Below the pieces are notes generated by a model. The model saw only the letters and a program-made list of their open reading frames with translations, was not told where the DNA came from and ran no database searches. A DNA stretch of 64,000 bases, taken from Gemmatimonadaceae bacterium (GTDB taxonomy: Bacteria; Gemmatimonadota; Gemmatimonadetes; Gemmatimonadales; Gemmatimonadaceae). Where the stretch lies: assembly GCA_031414435.1 (NCBI GenBank), contig JANNVN010000123.1:1158-65157 (forward strand). Reading direction: 5' to 3'. A program made the position numbers and the translations under genes. Every line of letters begins with the position of its first letter. Position 1 is the first letter of the stretch. Positions 15,946 through 24,600 of this stretch are shown piece after piece.

Positions 15946-18900
15946 CAGGGAATCGGCGCCGGTCGTCCCGCGCTGGCGCCCGTGCTGCGGTCCGGTCCCC
16001 TGCGGCTGTCGTTTCTGCAGGAGCGCTTGTGGGTGATCCAGCAGCTGCAGCCGGATTCCACGGCATATAACCTCGTGATGTTGGCGCAGGAACAGGACGG
16101 CGTCGAACTGCCGCTCCTGCAGGCGGCGATCCGCGGTGTCGTCGAGCGTCACGAGATCCTTCGTGCTCGGTTTGCATCCGAGGGCGGCGCGCCGCACGTG
16201 CGCATCACGGTGGCAGAAGAGACGCGGGTCGTGTTCCGTGATCTGCGGGCGCTGGCACGCGACGAACAGCAGGCGATCATCAGCCAGGCTGTTCCCGTCG
16301 CGACACGCGAACCGTTCGATCTGGCCGCGGAGGCGGCGGTCCGGTTCACGATTCTGCAGACCGGTGACCGGCGATGCGCGTTGCTGATCGCTGCGCACCA
16401 TATCGCCCTCGACTCGTGGTCGCTCCCGGTGCTGCTCCGCGATCTGCTGATCGAGTATGAGACGCAGCAACGCGGCGCTGGCGACGCGCGGCCACCCTTG
16501 ACGCTGCAGTACGTGGACTATGCCCACTGGCAGCGTGAGACCATGGTGGCGGCCGGCGCGCAAGCGCGCCTCAAGTACTGGACAGACCGCCTTGCCGCCT
16601 TGCCGCAGCTGAGCACTTTCCCCACCGACCGGCCGCGTGCCATCGACGCGGTCGGCACGGGAGCGGTGTACGATTTCGCGTGGTCGCCGACGCTGTATGC
16701 CGGGGTTCGTGCATTGGCGCGTGAGCTCGACGCCACCGTGTACATGGTGCTATTGGCGGCGGTGGCCGTTCTGCTGACGAGATGCACGGCGCAGTCGGAT
16801 GTGGCGATCGGCAGTCCACTCGGGACACGGGACCTGTCGGAGCTGGAAGGGATGCTCGGGCCAATCCTGAATCCGCTCGTGACGCGCTTCGACGTGAGTG
16901 ACGATCCGACCTTTGCCGGAGTGGTTCAACGCGCCCGGGATGGCTTGCTGGATGGGCACTCACATCAGGACGTCCCATTTGAAGCGCTGGTGCAAGCGCT
17001 CAACCCCGCACGTTCGCTCGGGCATTCACCACTGTTCCAGGTCGCGGTCGTACTGCACAATGCTCCTGGCACGGGCGAAACACCGTCGATCCACAGCGGT
17101 GGTGCGATCTATGATCTGACCGTCTTCGCCGTGGAGCGCGCAGGCGCGCTGTACTGTTCGTTCGAGTATCGCTCAGATCTGTATGACGAGGCAACCATCG
17201 CGCGCCTCAGCACGCAACTTCAAACCGTGCTGAGTGCTGCAGTGCGCGACCCACAGCTAACGGTCTCGGGCATTCCGCTGCTCCCGGAGTCCGACGCAGC
17301 GCTGCTGATCGAGGCGACGAATCCCGCACCGATTGCCCTCGACCGGACGACGGTCGTGGAGCAGTTCACCCGGACCGTCGCCGCCAACGCTGCTCGCGTT
17401 GCTGTAGTGGCGTCGGACGGCACGTTCACCTACGCGGAAATCGACCGGCGCGCCTCGATCGTTGCTGAGGTCTTGCGCGCGGCAGGTGCCGGTCGCGGTT
17501 CGTTCGTCGCCCTCGCCACAGATCGTTCCAGCGCGACGGTGGTCGGTGCGCTCGGCATCCTCAAGTCGGGCGCCGCGTACGTGCCGGTCGACGTCTCGTA
17601 TCCGGCGGATCGTGTGGCGTTCATGCTCAGCGACAGTGGCGCGCGACATGTCGTGGCGACGCGGGAGAGTCTGCGGTCACTGCCCGGCCTCGGGTCGGGC
17701 GCGACACTGGTCCTGGTGGACGAAGTGGTCGATGCACCACCGTCCGCGGCGGCGGCACCGATGCCCCCCGTGCGCGAGGACGACATCGCCTACCTGATGT
17801 ACACCTCCGGTTCAACCGGAACGCCGAAGGGTGTGCTCGTCCCGCATGGGGCCGTCAGCAGCTTTCTGGGTGCGATGCGCTTACGCCCGGGGATATCGGT
17901 CGATGACGCGGTGCTGTGCGTCACATCGATGTCGTTTGATATCTCGGTCTTCGAAGTGTTCCTGCCACTGGTGACCGGTGCACGGACGATCATCGCATCG
18001 CGCGAGGAGGCCAGCGATGGACACCGAATGGCGCACCTGATTGGATCCGCCAGAGCCACAATTGTCCAGTCCACGCCGTCCGGCTGGCGACTGCTGATGC
18101 AGGCGAACTGGTCTGGCGGGCCGGAGATCTCGGCGATCGCCGGCGGCGAGCCGATGCCACAGGATCTGACCAACTGGCTCGGGGAGCGGGTCCGGTGGGT
18201 CTGGAACGGGTATGGTCCCACGGAAGCGACGGTGTACTCGTCGATGGCGCTCCTTACCGGCGCTGACATGATCACCATCGGCACGCCCGCCGCGAACACG
18301 CGAATTTATGTCCTCGATACGTCCAACCACGTCTTGCCGATCGGAGTGCCAGGCGAAATTTGCATCGGCGGCGATGGGGTCACACGCGGATACCACAACC
18401 GACCGGAACTGACGGCTGACCGATTCGTTGCCGACCCGTTCGTTTCCGGCGCCAGGATGTATCGCACCGGCGACGTCGGGCGTTGGCGTGCCGATGGCCG
18501 CCTCGAGCACCTCGGCCGGATCGATGGGCAGGTGAAGGTGCGCGGCTATCGGATCGAGACCGGTGAGATCGAGACGGCGCTTTCACAGCACCCGGGTGTG
18601 CGAACCGCAGTCGTCGGTGTCCGCAATGCCTCAGCGGACGATCCGCGACTGGTGGCCTGGGTGCAGCTCGAGCCGGAGGGCGATTGCACCACGAGCGAAT
18701 TGCGGCGGTACCTCCGCCAGACGTTGCCGGAGTTCATGATTCCATCGATGCTTATCATGGTCGAGTCGTTTCCATTGACGCCGAACGCCAAGATTGACAA
18801 GCGGGCACTACCTGATCCGTTTCTCAACGGGAGCGCCGCATCGCCGGAGTACATGGCGCCGACGACCCCGACCGAACGACTGATCGCGGCCGTCTGGTCG

Positions 18901-19104
18901 CGCCTGCTTGGCGTGGAGCGTATCGGCACCACGGACGCCTTCTTCGAACTGGGTGGGCATTCGTTGCTGGCCATGCGCGCGGCACTGGAGATTTCTGAGG
19001 CGACTGGTGTGCGGCTCGAGCCGCGCCTTCTCTTTTTCCGCACTCTGGATCAATTGGCCGTGGCCTGTGACACGCAGCTATCCGCCGGTTCGCGTCGCGC
19101 ATGA
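15775..19104 (+). CDS. NRPS module, Ndock(TubC-type)-C-A-PCP
   Basis: C domain: LSFLQERLWV and HHIALDS (16396-16416). A-domain cores: FTYAEIDRR, LKSGAAYVPVD, YTSGSTGTPKG, FDIS, NGYGPTEA, GEICIGGDGVTRGY, YRTGD, GRIDGQVKVRGYRIE, LPEFMIPS, NAKIDK. PCP: FFELGGHSLLA (Ser codon 18961-18963). The protein ends about 46 aa after that Ser, so no TE, R or E domain fits. Its GTG start overlaps the upstream stop (GTGA). Confidence 0.93.
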   Translation: MTQQTTGELLDQLRALDVRVRVEDGRLRINAPKGSLTPALEAALVAHREALVAALEDQGIGAGRPALAPVLRSGPLRLSFLQERLWVIQQLQPDSTAYNLVMLAQEQDGVELPLLQAAIRGVVERHEILRARFASEGGAPHVRITVAEETRVVFRDLRALARDEQQAIISQAVPVATREPFDLAAEAAVRFTILQTGDRRCALLIAAHHIALDSWSLPVLLRDLLIEYETQQRGAGDARPPLTLQYVDYAHWQRETMVAAGAQARLKYWTDRLAALPQLSTFPTDRPRAIDAVGTGAVYDFAWSPTLYAGVRALARELDATVYMVLLAAVAVLLTRCTAQSDVAIGSPLGTRDLSELEGMLGPILNPLVTRFDVSDDPTFAGVVQRARDGLLDGHSHQDVPFEALVQALNPARSLGHSPLFQVAVVLHNAPGTGETPSIHSGGAIYDLTVFAVERAGALYCSFEYRSDLYDEATIARLSTQLQTVLSAAVRDPQLTVSGIPLLPESDAALLIEATNPAPIALDRTTVVEQFTRTVAANAARVAVVASDGTFTYAEIDRRASIVAEVLRAAGAGRGSFVALATDRSSATVVGALGILKSGAAYVPVDVSYPADRVAFMLSDSGARHVVATRESLRSLPGLGSGATLVLVDEVVDAPPSAAAAPMPPVREDDIAYLMYTSGSTGTPKGVLVPHGAVSSFLGAMRLRPGISVDDAVLCVTSMSFDISVFEVFLPLVTGARTIIASREEASDGHRMAHLIGSARATIVQSTPSGWRLLMQANWSGGPEISAIAGGEPMPQDLTNWLGERVRWVWNGYGPTEATVYSSMALLTGADMITIGTPAANTRIYVLDTSNHVLPIGVPGEICIGGDGVTRGYHNRPELTADRFVADPFVSGARMYRTGDVGRWRADGRLEHLGRIDGQVKVRGYRIETGEIETALSQHPGVRTAVVGVRNASADDPRLVAWVQLEPEGDCTTSELRRYLRQTLPEFMIPSMLIMVESFPLTPNAKIDKRALPDPFLNGSAASPEYMAPTTPTERLIAAVWSRLLGVERIGTTDAFFELGGHSLLAMRAALEISEATGVRLEPRLLFFRTLDQLAVACDTQLSAGSRRA

Positions 19105-19886
19105 ATCTCCAGTTCTTCGGTTCCTCCAGCCGACAGTTGTTCGGCGCGTATCGCCCCCCCGCCAATGGCCTGCCATCGCGTGGTGCGGCGTTGCTCTGTC
19201 CTCCCTGGGGACAGGAGTACCTCGTCTCGCACCGGATCTTCCGCCGACTGGCCGTACGGCTGAGCGAGAGTGGATATCACGTCCTGCGCTTTGACTACTA
19301 CGGCACGGGGGATTCGGCCGGCGAGCGCGAGGAAGGCGACCTTCAGTCGTGGCTGGGTGACGCGCTGGTGGCGCTCGAGGAGCTCCGCGACATCTCGGGG
19401 TGTCAGACGGTGGCCACCTTTGGCATTCGGCTCGGGGCGATCGTCGCCTGGCAGCTCGCTTGTACGCGGAGCGACGTGCACAGCACGGTGTTGTGGGATC
19501 CAGTCGTGGATGGCTCGGAGTACGTGAGAGAGCTGGTCAAGGCGCAGGCTGAGGTGGATCGCTGGCTGCTGACCCCCGTGCGACATGAGTCGTCTCCTGA
19601 CCGGGCGCAGGACCTGCTTGGATTTCCGCTGACGGTGGCCATGCGCCGAAGCATTGAAGCCGTCACGCCGGACATCTTCCTGCACCGCACGGCAGCGCAT
19701 GTGAAACTGTTCTACTCAGACGCCCTGCCCGGTCAGGAGAAGAGTCACGACGCATTTCACGCAGCTGGGACGCCGTTTCATGCGGAGACAATCCGTGGTC
19801 AGACGCCGTGGCGCGAGGATGAGTCGATTGGCGCCGGCGGACTGCCGGTGCTGGTGCTCGAACGCATGGTCGAGATCCTTCGATGA
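19101..19886 (+). CDS. alpha/beta-hydrolase-fold protein with Arg at the nucleophile position (probable pseudoenzyme); resembles 'exosortase A system-associated hydrolase 2'
   Basis: PPWGQEYLVSHRIFRRLAVRLSESGYHVLRFDYYGTGDSAG is an oxyanion/beta3-type region. The nucleophile elbow reads TVATFGIRLGAIVA, i.e. G-I-R-L-G, with Arg110 at codon 19428-19430. There is no obvious C-terminal catalytic His motif. ATGA overlaps at both ends. Confidence 0.65.
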   Translation: MNLQFFGSSSRQLFGAYRPPANGLPSRGAALLCPPWGQEYLVSHRIFRRLAVRLSESGYHVLRFDYYGTGDSAGEREEGDLQSWLGDALVALEELRDISGCQTVATFGIRLGAIVAWQLACTRSDVHSTVLWDPVVDGSEYVRELVKAQAEVDRWLLTPVRHESSPDRAQDLLGFPLTVAMRRSIEAVTPDIFLHRTAAHVKLFYSDALPGQEKSHDAFHAAGTPFHAETIRGQTPWREDESIGAGGLPVLVLERMVEILR

Positions 19887-20833
19887 ACTCAGGCATCCGC
19901 GAGCGGGTGGTGCGATTCGGTGCGGGAAACGGTCTGGCTGGCATTCTGTCGACCAGCCGTGACGCTCCCCCCGGTTTGCCGTTCGTGGTAATCGTGAATG
20001 CGGGCATCATCCATCGGGTCGGTCCCAATCGGCTCTATGTCGATGTCGCGCGCGCGGTCGCGGCGCTCGGGTATCCGGTCCTGCGATTCGACCTCGCGGG
20101 CCTCGGTGACTCCGAAGCGACCCGTACCGAAGCATCGTTACTTGAATCGGCGTTGCTCGACGTGAACACCGCGTTCGACTACCTGGCCAGCACGCATGGC
20201 GCGACTGCGTTCCTCGCATTTGGCCTGTGCTCCGGTGCGAACTACGCCCTGCTGACCGCGTTCAGGGAGCCGAGGGTCATCGGCGTTCTGGTCATCGACC
20301 CGACGGTGACACGTACGCGGCGGAGCGTGATGGTGCATTACGCACGTCGATTGAGAAACCTGTCGACGCTGCGCTCGATGCTGACGCTGAGCCACCCCAA
20401 GTTTCTGCAGCGAATCGAACGCCTGCGCAGTCTGGCGGTCGCGCGCGCGGCGCAGGGACAGAGTGGGCAAAACGCCGAGCCACCTCGCGAGAAAGTCACG
20501 GCCGAGGACAGCCGCCGTTCGCTCGAACAGCTGATCGCGCGGGGTACGCAGCTGATGTTCGTGTTCACGGGTGGCGTCAACCACGTGTACAACTACCGGA
20601 ACCAGCTGTACGACCTGCTGCCGGGGTTCGACTTTCGCGGCCGGCTGCGTCTGGACTACATGCCCGACACAGATCACACCGTGAGCGATGGGCGCGGACG
20701 CCGTCAGTTGATCGATTCGGTGAGCGAGTGGCTGGCGCAGTCGTTTCCCCGCACGGGTGCAACAGACACAGCGGTGTCCGCGATCGTCGAACCACCGCGA
20801 GCGGTGGTGGGTCGTGTGGGAGACTCGCCGTGA
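19883..20833 (+). CDS. alpha/beta-hydrolase-fold protein with Cys nucleophile (GLCSG); resembles 'exosortase A system-associated hydrolase 1'
   Basis: VVIVNAGIIHRVGPNRLYVDVARAVAALGYPVLRFDLAGLGDSE. The elbow AFLAFGLCSGANYAL is G-L-C-S-G, with Cys116 at codon 20228-20230. A candidate catalytic His lies in LDYMPDTDHTVSD near the C-terminus. Confidence 0.65.
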   Translation: MNSGIRERVVRFGAGNGLAGILSTSRDAPPGLPFVVIVNAGIIHRVGPNRLYVDVARAVAALGYPVLRFDLAGLGDSEATRTEASLLESALLDVNTAFDYLASTHGATAFLAFGLCSGANYALLTAFREPRVIGVLVIDPTVTRTRRSVMVHYARRLRNLSTLRSMLTLSHPKFLQRIERLRSLAVARAAQGQSGQNAEPPREKVTAEDSRRSLEQLIARGTQLMFVFTGGVNHVYNYRNQLYDLLPGFDFRGRLRLDYMPDTDHTVSDGRGRRQLIDSVSEWLAQSFPRTGATDTAVSAIVEPPRAVVGRVGDSP

Positions 20834-21606
20834 GGGCCGCTGGTGCGGTGCCGACATTGCTGCGTCTGGGCGACAGGAAGGCGCCGCGTCGGCGCCTGTT
20901 CTGCATGCCGTATGCGGGTGGCGGCGTTGCGCCGTTTCGCCTCTGGCATCGCACGCTGCCGGCCGACATCGAGGTGCTGGCGGCGCAGTTGCCGGGGCGT
21001 GAGTCGCGGCTGCGCGAGGCTCCGCTGCCATCGATTGCCGCGATGGTCGATGCGGTCCTCCCGGCGGTGGAGGCCTCGTCTGACCTGCCCTACGCCATTT
21101 TCGGGCACAGCATGGGTGCGCTGATCGCGTTCGAGCTCGCGGCGGCACTCGAGCTGCGCGACATCCGTCCGCCATCGCACCTCTTCGTTTCTGCGCGTCG
21201 GTCGCCCGAAGAACTGGACACGCGGACACCGATTCACGCGCTGCCGGAGCGCGAATTCCTGGATGAGATGCAGGCCCGCTATGGCGCCGTGCCGGATGCC
21301 ATCAGGAGCGAGCGCGAGCTGCTCGATCTGCTGCTACCGGTGGTACGCGCTGACATCTGCGCTGTGGAGACGTACGCGATGTCACCGGAGACCAGAGTCT
21401 GCTGTCCCGTCGACGTGTATGGTGGTGTCGATGACACACATCCCACACCGGCACAGTTGCCCCGCTGGGAGCGTGTGGCCGCGCAACCGGTTCGGGTGCG
21501 CATGTTCCCAGGGGACCACTTCTTCGTGAACACACAGCGTGATGCTGTGACAGCCGACATCGCGGCGCGATGGACCTGCGATGTTGCCGAGGAAGCACGC
21601 GCATGA
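20830..21606 (+). CDS. type II thioesterase (GrsT/RifR-like editing TE)
   Basis: GTG 20830 overlaps the upstream stop (GTGA). Motifs: RRLFCMPYAGGG, the GHSMG elbow (Ser codon 21109-21111), and C-terminal PGDHFF. The 20227 start of the long ORF lies inside the previous gene in another frame. Confidence 0.88.
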   Translation: MRAAGAVPTLLRLGDRKAPRRRLFCMPYAGGGVAPFRLWHRTLPADIEVLAAQLPGRESRLREAPLPSIAAMVDAVLPAVEASSDLPYAIFGHSMGALIAFELAAALELRDIRPPSHLFVSARRSPEELDTRTPIHALPEREFLDEMQARYGAVPDAIRSERELLDLLLPVVRADICAVETYAMSPETRVCCPVDVYGGVDDTHPTPAQLPRWERVAAQPVRVRMFPGDHFFVNTQRDAVTADIAARWTCDVAEEARA

Positions 21607-24600
21607 TCGGTGGTGGGTCGTCTCCGGAACGTCCGATGCCGATTGCGATCGTCGGCATCGGCTGCCGCTTTCCGGGGGGGATCGTCGACACGGAGACGTT
21701 CTGGCGGGTGCTGGCCGACGGTGTCGATGCGATCTCGGAGATCCCGGCGGACCGCTTTGACGTGGCGAAGTACTACGACGAGCGGCCCGGCACGCGCGGC
21801 CGCATCATGACGAAGTGGGGCGGCTTCGTGAATCAGCGTCTCGAGGAATTCGATGCCGCATTCTTCGGCATTTCTCGCTCGTACGCCGAACGGCTCGATC
21901 CGCAACAGCGCCTGCTGCTGGAGACGAGCTGGGAGGCGATGGAAGATGCGGGCATTGATATCGTCGGACTGCGCGGCACCCCGACGGGCGTCTTCGTGGG
22001 GCAGTGGGTGAGCGACTTCGAGCATCGGCTGTTTGCCGACCCCAGTGGCATCGACTTCCAGATGGCGATGGGCAGCGGCCGCTACGCCGCGGCCGGACGG
22101 CTGTCGTATGCCTTCGGGTTTCGGGGGCCGAGTCTGTCCATCGACGCCGCGTGTTCATCCGGGCTGGCATCAGTGCATCTCGCCGTGCGCAGCCTGCGCA
22201 GCGGTGACAGCGAGATCGCGCTGGCTGGTGGGGTGAACATGATTCTGCAGCCGCACATCCATCTGGCATACTCGTACAGCCGGATGATGGCGGCGGATGG
22301 CCGGTGTCGATTTGGTGATGCGCGCGGCAGTGGCTACGTGCGTTCGGAAGGTGCGGGGATCGTGGTGCTCAAGCCACTCGCGGCGGCCGTCGCGGCGGGC
22401 GATCGCATCTACGCGGTGATCCGCGGGAGTGCGGTCAACAGCGACGGCGACAGCAGCGGCTCGATGGGTCGACCGAGTCGCCTGGGCCAGGAAGAGCTGC
22501 TGCGCAGCGCGTTGCGTGATGGCAACGTGCTCGCATCACAACTCGACTACGTCGAGGCACATGGGACAGGTACGCGTGCAGGTGATCCGGTGGAGCTGGC
22601 TGCGCTGGGAGCGGTGCTATCAGAGGGGCGCGCGGCGAACGCACCACGGGTGTGGGTTGGTTCGGTGAAGACCAACATCGGCCACACGGAAGCGGCGGCA
22701 GGAGTCGCCGGTCTGATCAAGACGGCATTGATGCTCGAGCGCGGCCAGATTCCGGCCAGTCTGCACTTCGACGAACCGAATCGCGAGGTGGCGTGGCAGG
22801 ACATTCCTCTCGCGATCCCAACCGGCATGATGGTGTGGCCGCGGCGGGACGGCATGCGCGTTGCGGGGGTGAGCTCGTATGGCATCGGCGGAACCAACGC
22901 GCATGTGGTACTCGAGTCGGCACCCGCAGTTGTCGGGAATTCCGCTGCCCACCATCGGGTGGCGAACCCCATCGCGCTGCTGCCACTGTCGGCGCGCGGG
23001 GTGCCCGCGCTGCGCGCGATGGCCGCGCGTTATGCGGACCTGCTGTCGAACACCGACGGGCCATTACTCCACGACGTCTGCTGGAGTGCGGCGACGCGAC
23101 GGTCAGCGCTGACCCATCGTGCGGCGTTCGTCGCGACGGACCGTGAATCGATGGTGAGCGCCCTGCGTGCGTTCGCCGCCGGCGATGCCGCCACTGCCGA
23201 TGGTGTGGTGCACGAGCCGCGTCGTCGTCGGATTGCATTCGTGGTGCCGGGGCAAGGCGCGCAGTGGGTCGGGATGGCGCGGGAGCTTGCCGCAGCCGCT
23301 CCGGTGTTCCGTGATACGTTGGCTGCCTGTGATGCGGCCGCGCGTACGCATACCGGATGGTCGATTGTCGAGCAGCTGCATCTGGATGTCGAGGCGGCGG
23401 GCTACCGCGGTGATCGGATCGACGTCATCCAACCGACGCTGGTTGCGATCGCCATCGCCTATGCGGCCTGGCTCAGGTCACTCGGCATCGAACCGGATGC
23501 CGTCGTCGGGCACAGCCTCGGCGAGGTCGGTGCCGCGGCCATTTCGGGCGCACTGGATGTTCAGACGGCTATGCGCATCATCGTCCAGCGCAGCGCACTG
23601 ATGCAGCGGACGAGCGGCCATGGTGCAATGGCGGTCGTGGAGCTCCCGAGCCAGGATGTGACTCAGCGACTGCGCGGCCGCGAAGCCGAGCTGTGTCTGG
23701 CCGTGAGCAACAGCCCGCGCTCGAGTGTGATATCGGGTACACCCGCAGCGGTCGGCGCGATGCTCGCCGAACTGCAAGTTGAGGGCGTCTTCTGCAGACT
23801 GGTGAAGGTCGACGTTGCGTCGCACAGCCCGCAGATGAATCCGCTCGCGACGGAGCTGGTCGACGCGCTCGCGGACATCCGGCCTTCGGTGGGCAGCGTG
23901 CCGATCTACTCCACCGTACAGGCTGCACCGCTTGAAGGGACGTCGTTCGATGCCGCGTACTGGGGCCGGAACCTCACGCACCCGGTGCTGTTCGGTGACA
24001 CCGTTGAGCGAATGCTGTCCGACGGGATCGACGCGTTCATTGAATTGGGTCCGCATCGGGTGCTGTCGCAGGCGGTGGAGCAGGTGGCAGCGTCCTCCGC
24101 TCACCACGCGCTTGCGGTGGCGTGTGGCCGGCGCGAGTCGCCTGAGCTGGCGGCGGCGTTTGGTGTGATTGCGGCGCTCTGGACGCACGGCGTCGCCATC
24201 GGGTGGGCGCGCGTGCTGGGGTGGCGCGGCTGTTCCGTGGCGCTGCCGCTGTATCCGTGGCAACGGGAGCGGTTCTGGGCCGAGGCCGCAGAGCTCACGG
24301 AGACCGGCACCGTCGGGGCGCGCCGGACGCGCTTGTCCCCGCAGGCGCAGCGCGCGCTGCATGTCCTGGAGTGGCACCCCCTGCCGGCTGCCGTTGCGCC
24401 TGTCGGCGACCGGAGCGCGCGCTGGCTGGTGGTCGCGAGTACGCAGGCCGATGGGGAGCCTGTCGCGGCTGCCCTGCGCGCGCGAGGTCAGAGTGCCACG
24501 GTCGTGCACTCCATGCAGGCGGCCGGGGAACTGGTCCGCGAGTGGCCGGTCTCGAATGTGCCGACTGGTGTCGTCGTCTTGCCACCGGACGAAGTGCCCG

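Noticed and set aside
20227-20829. Long N-terminal extension of the type II TE ORF (459 aa in the track), and the 21570 start of the following PKS.
   Set aside because: Both extensions lie inside the preceding genes in another frame. The GTGA (20830) and ATGA (21603) overlaps give proteins that begin just before their first conserved motifs.
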